In this document: piece after piece, positions 36,948 to 45,302 of the stretch
Layout of the letters: every line of letters begins with the position of its first letter
Numbering within the stretch: position 1 is the stretch's first letter
Origin: Candidatus Omnitrophota bacterium
GTDB lineage: Bacteria > Omnitrophota > Gorgyraeia > JABMRG01
Reading direction: 5' to 3'
DNA: 45,402 nt
NCBI GenBank assembly: GCA_013202525.1
Contig: JABMQS010000118.1
Coordinates: 1-45,402 of the forward strand
Notes under the pieces: generated by a model
Databases searched by the model: none
What the model was told of the DNA's origin: nothing
The model's input: the letters and a program-made list of their open reading frames with translations, nothing else
Position numbers and translations under genes: made by a program

Positions 36948-37313
36948 TTATGGCTTAAACGAATATGTGCCAGTCACAGTACCATTCTTATTCTTCTCGT
37001 ATGTCTGTCCAGAATAGCTGCCTTTTCTCCTGGTCGCCTGAATAGTGTAATCATTGCTGTCTGCATTACTTATTACAGTCGTCCAGTGGCAATTTGTAAT
37101 CGATACATCAAGGTTGCCTATGACGTTGGTGTACTCGTCCTCTTCTACATAGTAGATGGCCTCTCCTGTCTCAAGCGCTGCTATATTGGAGTCTGCCTCG
37201 GCTCTCTTTGCCTTTTCTACAACTGTACCGAACTGCGGTAGAGCGATAGTAGCAAGAATACCTAAAATAATGACTACTATCAGCAGCTCTATAAGCGTAA
37301 AACCTTTCCTCAT
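36948..37313 (-). CDS. pilA: Type IVa (major) pilin, 121 aa
   Basis: MRKG/FTLIELLIVVIILGILATIALP class III signal peptide with E5, and an AGGAGG RBS. Having its own promoter and terminator suggests it is the major subunit. Confidence 0.88.
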   Translation of the reverse strand: MRKGFTLIELLIVVIILGILATIALPQFGTVVEKAKRAEADSNIAALETGEAIYYVEEDEYTNVIGNLDVSITNCHWTTVISNADSNDYTIQATRRKGSYSGQTYEKNKNGTVTGTYSFKP

Positions 37314-37350
37314 CTCACCCCTCCTTTTTCTGTTATCAACTCTTTTAATA

Positions 37351-37379
37351 ATTATACCCAAAACCCACATTTATGTCAA
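37351..37379 (-). promoter_or_regulatory. Perfect-consensus sigma70 promoter of the pilin gene
   Basis: Minus strand reads TTGACA-17 nt-TATAAT. Confidence 0.85.
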
Positions 37380-37414
37380 GCCTTAATTTGTCTATATCTT
37401 AAGTTTCTGGGGCA

Positions 37415-38644
37415 CTAACCCGACTTCATCGCAGTGCTAAGGCCGAATATTGGTAAGAACATAGCTACCACCAATGTGCCAACTATGCCGCCTATAAAGA
37501 CTATAAGAAGCGGTTCAAACATGATCATAAGCCTCGATACTGTCGCATCTACCCTCTCCCCGTAGAACTTAGCCGCGTTATCAAGCATACTTGCAAGCTC
37601 ACCCGACTCCTCGCCTACGCCTACCATGTGCGCCAGCATATCAGGGAATATCCCACCCGCAAGAAGAGGCTCTGCCATGCTCTTTCCCCCGCGCACACTC
37701 TCTTTTACCTCCTCAAGCATCCCTCTTACGATCGAATTGCTCGATGTCTCTATGACTATATCCATGGCGTGCAGGATCGGAGTTCCGCTCTTTATAAGCA
37801 TGCTGAGCCCACTTGCAAATCGTACCGCGGAGAGCTCTCTTATCATATCTCCCACCAGGGGAGTTTTGAGGCACAGGATGTCAAACTGCCTCTTACCCTC
37901 TGGTGTCTTTAAATAAAAGCGAAAACCTAGTACAATACCAACGGCACCTACCACAAATAACAGGATATATTTCTTTACGGCAAGGCAGATCCCAAAGACA
38001 AGCTCTGTAAAGCCCGGCAGGGGAGCACCAAAGCTGCTGTACATTTTATGGAACATGGGTATTATCTTTATTACGAATACTCCGACCGCACCGCCCGCAA
38101 CACAAAGTATTATAAGAGGGTAGACCGTAGCGCTCTTTACCTTACTCTGCAAAGCTGCACTTGATTCTAAAAAGCCACTGAGCTGTTCAAGGGCAAATGG
38201 AAGCTGTCCCGTCATCTCTCCGGTATCTACTATATTTACCCACAACTTTGAGAATATCTTGGGATGCTTTGCTATGGCGGCCTTTAAGCTGCTGCCTGAT
38301 GAGACATCCTTCTTAATAGCCTGCAGGGCATCATGGAGCGGTTTGCTCTGAACCTGCATGGTCACTATCTCAAGGCCCCTTAATAATGTTATGCCCGCAC
38401 CGAGAAGGGTGGTAAGCTGCCGCGCAAAGCCTATCAGGTCATCCAGCTTGGTGCCGGAGTGCATCTTGGCTTTTTTGCGTTTTGGCGTACCCTGTGTCTC
38501 GTTTTCTTTTGCCTCTTTGTATGTTACTACTGTAAGGCCGCGCGCCTGAAGTATGCCTATGAGTTCATCCTCATTATTCGCCTCAAGCACACCCTCTTCA
38601 GGCTTACCTTCTCTGGTCCTTACGAGATATTTATAATTTGGCAT
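37415..38644 (-). CDS. pilC: Type IV pilus / T2SS platform protein (PilC/GspF)
   Basis: FARQLTTLLGAG, GEMTGQL, YP, VGEESGEL and EPLLIVFIGGIVG..MFLPIF. Confidence 0.93.
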   Translation of the reverse strand: MPNYKYLVRTREGKPEEGVLEANNEDELIGILQARGLTVVTYKEAKENETQGTPKRKKAKMHSGTKLDDLIGFARQLTTLLGAGITLLRGLEIVTMQVQSKPLHDALQAIKKDVSSGSSLKAAIAKHPKIFSKLWVNIVDTGEMTGQLPFALEQLSGFLESSAALQSKVKSATVYPLIILCVAGGAVGVFVIKIIPMFHKMYSSFGAPLPGFTELVFGICLAVKKYILLFVVGAVGIVLGFRFYLKTPEGKRQFDILCLKTPLVGDMIRELSAVRFASGLSMLIKSGTPILHAMDIVIETSSNSIVRGMLEEVKESVRGGKSMAEPLLAGGIFPDMLAHMVGVGEESGELASMLDNAAKFYGERVDATVSRLMIMFEPLLIVFIGGIVGTLVVAMFLPIFGLSTAMKSG

Positions 38645-38671
38645 AACGCCTTTCCTGACACTAAGACGGCT

Positions 38672-40381
38672 TTAGTCTAAGGCAATACTCATTGCCTCTT
38701 CAACGCTCGTCGCTCCTTCTAAAACCCTCTGCATCGCATCTTCCAGTATGGTAGTCATTCCACCCGCTTTTGCCGCATCCCTTATCTGGGCTGTGGTACC
38801 ATTCTTTGATATCAACTCTCTCAGCTCCGGGGTTACTACAAGGACCTCGTGAATCGCTGTGCGGCCCGCATAGCCGGTCTGCTTGCAGACCTCGCATCCT
38901 TTTGCCTTAAACCCTTCATTCTTTGGCAGATTATACTGCTTAACAAGATTGGCAGATATCTCCTCGGGCTCTTTGCATTTTGGACAGAGCCTTCTGATCA
39001 GCCTCTGCGCCATCAAAACAAGCGCGCTTGCGGCGATAAGATACGACTCTACCCCTATATCTACTAGCCTGGTCACGGCAGATGGTGCATCGTTTGTATG
39101 CAGTGTGCTCAATACCAGATGCCCTGTCAATGCTGCCCTTACACATATCTCGGCAGTCTCCACGTCCCTGACCTCTCCCACCATTATGATATCGGGATCC
39201 TGTCTCAAAAAAGCACGTAAACCCGAGGCAAAGGTCAGGCCTATGTTGGGCTTGACCTGGACCTGGTTCAGGCCCACCAGCTGATACTCAACAGGGTCTT
39301 CTATGGTCACAAGGTTCTTCTCCGGGCTCTTTACAAAATTCAGGGCAGAATAGAGCGTGGTAGACTTACCGCTTCCTGTAGGGCCTGTGATAAATACAAG
39401 CCCGTAAGGCTTTCCTATGGCCTCTTTAAAATTTGTTAAATCCTGCTTAGAGAACCCGAGCTTATCCAGATCGAGTGAGAGCGCGCCCTTATCCAGGATC
39501 CTCAATACCGCCTTCTCACCGTGTATAGTAGGTACAGTCGAGACCCTGAGGTCGATGGGTCGATCCTCTATCTTTACTGAAAAACCGCCGTCCTGAGGAA
39601 GCCTCTTCTCGGCTATATCCATCCTCGAGAGGATCTTTATCCTTGAGATGAGTGCCGGTAAAAGATGCGGAGAAGGCGGGGCTATGGTGTGCAGAATACC
39701 ATCTACCCTGAAACGTACGGTTATCTTATTCTTAAACGGTTCAATATGTATGTCGCTGGCCCTGTCCTTTACCGCCTGGATCAACAAAAGGTCTACCAGC
39801 TTGATGACAGGTGCATCCTCTGCCTTGACGACCGTATCCTCGAGACTTTCGCTTATCTCTGTCAACGACAGGACAGTAGCCTCTTCTTCCTCACCTACCT
39901 CATAACTGTCTTCCACAACTTCATGCAGGAGGTCTTTCTTGCCGTAAAAGGTATCTATCGCCTGCCTGAGGTCGCTCTTTGTCGCTATAACGGGATTTAT
40001 TTCGCAGCCTGTTATCTTTCTCAGGTTGTCTGTGAGCAGGAAATCTAAGGGATTGGCAAACGCTACTGTAAGTGATTTTTGATGCTTGGATATAGGCAGG
40101 GCCATCTGCTCTCTAGAAAACTGCTCGGGCACCAGATCCCTGAGTTCATCGCCGCCGGTAGGAGTCAAGGAACCTGTATCCAGAGAGACATACGGTATAT
40201 CCAGCTGCTTGGCGAGGGCGTTGCCTATATCTTTCTCTGTCACAAAACCCTTATCAACTACTATATCGCCCAAGGGCCTGCCGCTTAACTTCTGAAATCT
40301 CAGGGCCTCGTCAAGGTGGACCTGGGTGATCAGGCCTTCCTTTACCAGGATCTCGCCCAATCTCAGTTTGGATTTGCGCAT
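38672..40381 (-). CDS. pilB: Type IV pilus assembly ATPase (PilB/GspE) with N-terminal MshEN domain
   Basis: RLGEILVKEGLIT..LDEALRFQ, ASDIHIEP, GPTGSGKST, TIEDPVE, LRQDPDIIMVGE, STLHTN and CPKC/CEVC. Confidence 0.95.
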   Translation of the reverse strand: MRKSKLRLGEILVKEGLITQVHLDEALRFQKLSGRPLGDIVVDKGFVTEKDIGNALAKQLDIPYVSLDTGSLTPTGGDELRDLVPEQFSREQMALPISKHQKSLTVAFANPLDFLLTDNLRKITGCEINPVIATKSDLRQAIDTFYGKKDLLHEVVEDSYEVGEEEEATVLSLTEISESLEDTVVKAEDAPVIKLVDLLLIQAVKDRASDIHIEPFKNKITVRFRVDGILHTIAPPSPHLLPALISRIKILSRMDIAEKRLPQDGGFSVKIEDRPIDLRVSTVPTIHGEKAVLRILDKGALSLDLDKLGFSKQDLTNFKEAIGKPYGLVFITGPTGSGKSTTLYSALNFVKSPEKNLVTIEDPVEYQLVGLNQVQVKPNIGLTFASGLRAFLRQDPDIIMVGEVRDVETAEICVRAALTGHLVLSTLHTNDAPSAVTRLVDIGVESYLIAASALVLMAQRLIRRLCPKCKEPEEISANLVKQYNLPKNEGFKAKGCEVCKQTGYAGRTAIHEVLVVTPELRELISKNGTTAQIRDAAKAGGMTTILEDAMQRVLEGATSVEEAMSIALD

Positions 40382-40391
40382 AGACTATCCC

Positions 40392-42014
40392 CTACCGAGA
40401 AAGTTCTCTCTTCTTCCTTAGTCTTACAACGGTCTTATTTATCTCGTCCTCTCTGCTAGGGGGTACCTTCTCTTCCGGCTCCTCTAATTCCGCAGGCGTG
40501 ACGGTCTCTTCTTCTGGAGACGCCTCTGTTGCAAGAGCTTCTGCAGAAGCCTGCTCTGCTGCGAGCGCTTCTGATAAAGCTGACTGTTCTGCTACAGGCG
40601 CTTCTGATGAAATCGGTTCTCCTGCTTTTGCTAAATCAGCAGCTGTAGGATACGTAACTGCCTCTTCTCTGCCAAGCCCCGCTACATCCCTTATGACATG
40701 GGCTGTTACAAATATTATGATCTCCGTGGTCTCGCTGTCAAAATCATCGTCCCTGAAAAGCCTGCCCAGGAATGGGATCCTGCTTAAGCCGGGCACCTTG
40801 CTCACCCCGTCTGTCTTGTCTGACTTAAGGAGACCTCCTATGGCTATACTCTGGCCGTCCTTTAACATGACCGTGGTCTTTACGTTTCTCGTTGCCGGAT
40901 CATAAAAACCTGGGATATTGGAGAGAACAGGACGGGATACCGAGGGCTCAAGCGACATGGTTATATAGTTACTCTTGTTTATGGTCGGGGTGACCTTCAG
41001 GACGATGCCTGTCTCCATCCTCTCTGCTTCAGAAACTAATGTCCCTGTATCAGACTGGGATGTGCTCTTGATACCTATTGCACTATCTGATGATATCTTT
41101 ATCACGGCGGTCTCGTTGTTTAAGACCATAACCCTTGGTTTTGCCAGGTAGCGTGCTTCATTCTCTGTCTCCAGCGCCTTCAAGACCACTGAGAACTCCT
41201 GTAATGAAAGGGTGCCCAATTGACCAGCACTGGTCGCCATTTTTAGTAAGCTCTTCTTAAAAGCGCCTCCTTCTCTTATAAACGGAAAATGGGTTTTCTT
41301 GGACGGACCGGTAAAGCTGACGAATGTACCATCGGTCTGGTTGCCCCATGTAAGGCCCAAATTCTTTAAGGCAGAAGTCTTTATCTCCACTATCTCTGCC
41401 TCTATCAATGCCTGCGGAGTAGCCGTGTCCAACTGCTTGATAGCATCCTCTATCTTCACAAAATCCTCCGGGATGCTTGTAACCACGAGGCTGTTTGTGC
41501 GCTTATCAACGACTATGTTGCCAACCAACGCCCCCTTGCTATCCTTTGTCATGAGGCTCTGCACAACCTTGAGTATATTAGAGCTGCCTCCTTTTTTACC
41601 AGAATCCTTATCTTTGCTGCCGGCTGATACACGGGCAAAGCTCAATGTATAGACCTTGGTAAGCATGTTGATCGCGGATACGCCCGATTCTTTGACTATA
41701 AATACCGAGCTGCCCGGCGCCTGTTCATAGGCAAGGTTGTTTGCCTTCATGATAGAGGCCAGTGCATCCTGAACGTCTACACTATCAAGATACAGGGTTA
41801 TCTTTTTGCCCTCTATCTCTCTTGAGGCAACAAAATTCAAGCCTGCCTGCTGTGAAAATATCTTAAGGATATCTCTTAAGGGTGCTTGTTGAAAATCCAT
41901 GGAGACACGACGGATCTCCTGAGCAGGGGTACTATTGACCACTGTAAACAGAAGCAGTGATATAAATAGCAAGGCCCCCACCATCCACCTCTTATTACTC
42001 CTGCCTGCCTTCAT
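40392..42014 (-). CDS. pilQ: Outer-membrane secretin (PilQ/GspD family)
   Basis: Signal peptide, N0 domain (SMDFQQAPLRDIL), DKRTNSLVV, IEAEIVE, GIVLKVTP and KVPGLSRIPFLGRLF, followed by an acidic C-terminal extension. Confidence 0.92.
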   Translation of the reverse strand: MKAGRSNKRWMVGALLFISLLLFTVVNSTPAQEIRRVSMDFQQAPLRDILKIFSQQAGLNFVASREIEGKKITLYLDSVDVQDALASIMKANNLAYEQAPGSSVFIVKESGVSAINMLTKVYTLSFARVSAGSKDKDSGKKGGSSNILKVVQSLMTKDSKGALVGNIVVDKRTNSLVVTSIPEDFVKIEDAIKQLDTATPQALIEAEIVEIKTSALKNLGLTWGNQTDGTFVSFTGPSKKTHFPFIREGGAFKKSLLKMATSAGQLGTLSLQEFSVVLKALETENEARYLAKPRVMVLNNETAVIKISSDSAIGIKSTSQSDTGTLVSEAERMETGIVLKVTPTINKSNYITMSLEPSVSRPVLSNIPGFYDPATRNVKTTVMLKDGQSIAIGGLLKSDKTDGVSKVPGLSRIPFLGRLFRDDDFDSETTEIIIFVTAHVIRDVAGLGREEAVTYPTAADLAKAGEPISSEAPVAEQSALSEALAAEQASAEALATEASPEEETVTPAELEEPEEKVPPSREDEINKTVVRLRKKRELSR

Positions 42015-42034
42015 TTTTTTACTCCTCTCCTAGC

Positions 42035-42580
42035 TTAATCTGCTATAACTGCCTGTTTTGGTACAAAGACCCTTTCGTCCTGGTGTAGAACCGTTATACC
42101 TTCTTTATCTATCTTTACTATCTTAACGCCATCTACGCTATCCCCTACCTTCAGCACCTTGCCGTTTACTATTGCCTGGTGCATATCCGCGTTCCAGATC
42201 AATCCGCTGATGTTAAGCTTCGGCAAAGGTTTCTTGACCACTTTCTTCTTCTTTACCTTTTCCTCAACCTCTCTCTTCTTTTTAAGTTCTTCCTTAAAAG
42301 CTGCATATAGATTTAGTAGAGGATCCTTGGCGCCGCCTTCATACTTTATCTCTGAATAAGGCACTGCCTGCGTCTTGGCTTTTGCCTTTTTGCTGTCCTT
42401 GGCTGTCTTCTTGGTGCCCTTGGCCGATTTCTTAGGTTTTTTGGCCTGTTGGGCCTGCACTGCCTCAGCTTTTTTCTTAGCAGCCTGTTTCTTCTGCAGC
42501 TGTGTGCATAGTACACCGAATGCGAGTGCTGCTAAGAGCACGACTAATATGATCTTTTCCAGCTTCTTCTTATTATCCAT
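42035..42580 (-). CDS. Pilus alignment protein, PilP/GspB-like
   Basis: N-terminal TM helix, Lys-rich linker, KDPL, and a C-terminal beta domain LNISGLIW..AIVNGKVLKVGDSVDG; located between pilO and pilQ. Confidence 0.7.
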   Translation of the reverse strand: MDNKKKLEKIILVVLLAALAFGVLCTQLQKKQAAKKKAEAVQAQQAKKPKKSAKGTKKTAKDSKKAKAKTQAVPYSEIKYEGGAKDPLLNLYAAFKEELKKKREVEEKVKKKKVVKKPLPKLNISGLIWNADMHQAIVNGKVLKVGDSVDGVKIVKIDKEGITVLHQDERVFVPKQAVIAD

Positions 42581-42596
42581 AATATACTCTCTCTTG

Positions 42597-43145
42597 CTAA
42601 GAACTATAAACGCTGACAGTCATAGCTACCAGAGCCTTGGTATCGCCCTCGGCAAAGACCTTCTCTTTCTTGCCTCTTTGCTTGCTATCTTTCTGATGAT
42701 CTATCACAATAGTTTCTACCATTGTAAGTTTCTTGAGCCTCTCAATGGTATTAACAAACTTTCCCAGCTGATTATAAGTGCAGTATACCTTTAACTGAAT
42801 CGGGGTTCTCATGTATTTATTGCTAAACTTCTGCACAGTTACAGGCTGCATGGAAATAATCTCAACACCTGTCTCACCGGCAGTGCTGGAGATAAGATCT
42901 CTCAGGCCCTGAACCTCTTTACTGGTATAGAGACCCTTCTTATATTTTCTTATCGACTGCTCCTGCTTGGCGATCTGGCCCCTAAGGTCCAGTTTCTCCT
43001 CTTCCACCTTGATCTCAGAATGCAGCTTTGCCGCATTCCTGCTATATGCTCCATATATCTTATACGGCACAAACAGGGCCACGATCCCGATTGCCACAGC
43101 TATTACCAGGATTTTTTTGTCATCATCCAACTCTATCTTCGCCAT
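42597..43145 (-). CDS. pilO: Type IV pilus alignment protein PilO
   Basis: TM helix plus coiled coil, then YMRTPIQLKVYCTYNQLGKFVNTIE; operon position. Confidence 0.82.
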   Translation of the reverse strand: MAKIELDDDKKILVIAVAIGIVALFVPYKIYGAYSRNAAKLHSEIKVEEEKLDLRGQIAKQEQSIRKYKKGLYTSKEVQGLRDLISSTAGETGVEIISMQPVTVQKFSNKYMRTPIQLKVYCTYNQLGKFVNTIERLKKLTMVETIVIDHQKDSKQRGKKEKVFAEGDTKALVAMTVSVYSS

Positions 43146-44722
43146 CTGCTTTTCGCCTTCCCTGGAAGCTTCCCACCCGAGCCCACACTTATCTTAAAGA
43201 TGTTTATGCTGTGCTCACCCGCAATCTTCTTATCCGTAGCCCCCAGTCTTATCGTATTTAAATGCTTCATAAAAATGGCGTCCTTTTCCAGGGCCGTATA
43301 GAATTTATTAACGGACTCTGTCCCTATTACGCCGTCCTCTGAAAAGGCACTGCCTTCTATAGAGATGCTACGCCCTATCTTGGTAGGATAGGTGCGGTTC
43401 TTTTTGGTAAAGCTCTCTCTCATAGTAATCTTGTCGATCCAGACCTCCTGGGGCATATCCTTAGCGATCCTGTCCATCTTCTGCGCCCAGGATATCCTGT
43501 CGCTGAGTAGAAACTTTAGGAAATTAATCTCCGTTGCGTATCTCTTCTTTTTCTTATTCAGCTTGCCCGCATCTAAAGAGATATTTTTGGCCAGCACATT
43601 TTTGCCCCTATCCTTTACTGCCGAAAGCTCGGCCCTTATGCCGCTGGTCTTGACGCCGGTCAGGAGAAACACCGCTATAATTATGACTACAGCCGCTATG
43701 CCTCCAGCGATCAGGCCGCTGGTAACCTTCTTTTTCTGCGTAACTACCGCAACCGGCGAAAGGTTAACAGAATACGGGGACTTTCCCAGGCCTCCCAATG
43801 CCGTACCGATAGCGACTATTGAGGATGCGGGTGTCTCAGCCGAACCTTTAACCACCGTAAATTTTTCCAGTGTCTCGGTTGTAATATGCAGATCATCCGA
43901 CATGGCACTGCTCAAGTCGATCTGCAATGCCTCACCGCAGATTACGATCTTTGAGACCTTGACCTGCGCCTTCTGTCTGCGGTAATAGTCGAAAGATACC
44001 CTTACCTCACTTATTATCTTCTCGGAAAGCGCTTCCTTGTCATCTGTGCTTATCTTAAAATCGCGGCTCAAAAACGGCATACCCTTTTCCACTATATGAA
44101 AAGAGGCCGATTCTCCGTCATTATCGATATAAAGTATGGCCACGTCATCCTTGCTTGTGATCTTCTTCTCAAGAAGCAGCATCCTTACCTGTGCTAATGT
44201 GGCGATATCCACACCGGCGGCAACCGCGCCCGCGGCCTTAAACAGATCCATCTGGTTATTGAGCTGGGCCTTATTGACGGCTACAAAAAATACATCGGCG
44301 GCCTTCTTATCCTTGGCAGACGGTGATACCTTAAAATCACATGCTATCTCATCTATCTTAAACGGAACATACTTCCTCGCTTCAAACTTCAGTGCCTGGG
44401 CCTGCTCTGCCTTTGGAAGCTGCGGCATATTGAAATGGCGTATCATCACGTCCCTTGATGGCAGGACGGTATAGGCCTCAGCATGCTTCATCTTGGCCTT
44501 CTGCAGACCTGACCTTATGGCCAAAGCTACCGGATCTTCCGCAGGCGCCTGTGCCAAGGCCTCTCCTGCGCTCTCAGGTACAGCAGCCTGCTTCTGGGCA
44601 GGTGCGGCTGGTATCTCTTCACGTATGAAATTTAAGAGCCGTGGTGAATTTAACGCCCCCCCGAGTATGGCTATATCTACGTACTTCGATGATATGTATA
44701 CCCCAACCGAATGTTTAGACAT
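43133..44722 (-). CDS. pilM: Fused PilM-PilN alignment protein
   Basis: Actin-like PilM part (EARKYVPF..DF, EVRVSFDYY, ICGE, IGTALGG), then VNLSP, a TM helix, a coiled coil and a PilN-like MPQEVWIDKI..ISIEGSA domain, all in one ORF. Confidence 0.82.
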   Translation of the reverse strand: MSKHSVGVYISSKYVDIAILGGALNSPRLLNFIREEIPAAPAQKQAAVPESAGEALAQAPAEDPVALAIRSGLQKAKMKHAEAYTVLPSRDVMIRHFNMPQLPKAEQAQALKFEARKYVPFKIDEIACDFKVSPSAKDKKAADVFFVAVNKAQLNNQMDLFKAAGAVAAGVDIATLAQVRMLLLEKKITSKDDVAILYIDNDGESASFHIVEKGMPFLSRDFKISTDDKEALSEKIISEVRVSFDYYRRQKAQVKVSKIVICGEALQIDLSSAMSDDLHITTETLEKFTVVKGSAETPASSIVAIGTALGGLGKSPYSVNLSPVAVVTQKKKVTSGLIAGGIAAVVIIIAVFLLTGVKTSGIRAELSAVKDRGKNVLAKNISLDAGKLNKKKKRYATEINFLKFLLSDRISWAQKMDRIAKDMPQEVWIDKITMRESFTKKNRTYPTKIGRSISIEGSAFSEDGVIGTESVNKFYTALEKDAIFMKHLNTIRLGATDKKIAGEHSINIFKISVGSGGKLPGKAKSRWRR

Positions 44723-44755
44723 TTCTTTTACCCCGATATTGATTAGTGATATCCA

Positions 44756-44944
44756 TCACCCACTCCTGCCCAATAGCTTTCTTAAATGATTGACGTCCTT
44801 GATGGTATATTCGCGCCAGCTGTTTACCTTGTTGCGGCCTGCCCGCGGAAATACCTTCTTCTGCTCATACCTTACTAAGGTCTGCTTAGAAATACCCAAA
44901 AATCTGGCCACCTCATTGGCGGAATAGTATTTCTCAGCTTTCAT
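44756..44944 (-). CDS. Stand-alone MerR/BldC/Xis-type winged-HTH protein, 62 aa
   Basis: YSANEVARFLGISKQTLVRYEQK..R...WREYT matches the MerR HTH pattern. GAGGAGTGAGG RBS; first gene after the promoter. Confidence 0.8.
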   Translation of the reverse strand: MKAEKYYSANEVARFLGISKQTLVRYEQKKVFPRAGRNKVNSWREYTIKDVNHLRKLLGRSG

Positions 44945-45009
44945 AACCTCACTCCTCGTAAAAATACCTTTGTTGTCTCTTTTCTCATCGCGTCAGCATC
45001 AATCGTTTC

Positions 45010-45045
45010 TAATACTGCCTGATACCACTTGATACATCGTGATAG
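45010..45045. promoter_or_regulatory. Four 10-bp-phased direct repeats overlapping the predicted transcription start (candidate operator)
   Basis: TAATAC at 45010, TGATAC at 45020, TGATAC at 45030 and TGATAG at 45040. Confidence 0.5.
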
Positions 45046-45046
45046 G

Positions 45047-45075
45047 AGTATAGTGCATTTGAAGATGTTGGTCAA
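45047..45075 (-). promoter_or_regulatory. Sigma70-type promoter of the HTH-pil operon
   Basis: Minus strand reads TTGACC-17 nt-TATACT, about 100 nt upstream of the HTH gene start. Confidence 0.75.
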
Positions 45076-45100
45076 TAGTATAAATATGAGATTTTAGGCA

Positions 45101-45150
45101 TAAAAATGCGAAAAAGCTCTTAAAAGCTCCTTAAAACTCTTCAAAACTAC
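45101..45150. repeat. 10-bp-period direct repeats / phased A-tracts upstream of the pil promoter
   Basis: TAAAAATGCG AAAAAGCTCT TAAAAGCTCC TTAAAACTCT TCAAAACTAC. Confidence 0.65.
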
Positions 45151-45270
45151 TATTTTACAAAAAGGTGATTTTTTTACAGTGGGGGGTGTTTAGTAAAATG
45201 GAGGGGTTTGCCCGTCGGAGAGGGACCTGGTCCCGTTCCTTCCTGCTCTATATCTTGAGGGGCCTGGTCT

Positions 45271-45302
45271 AGAAAAATCCTCGCTGCGCTCGGATATTTT
45301 CT
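45271..45302. repeat. Hairpin sharing a core motif with the nested insert at 24938-24991
   Basis: AGAAAAATCC-TCGCTGCGCTC-GGATATTTTCT. CCTCGCTGCGCTCGG (45279-45293) matches CCTCGCTGTGCTCGG (24940-24954) at 14/15 positions. Confidence 0.55.
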
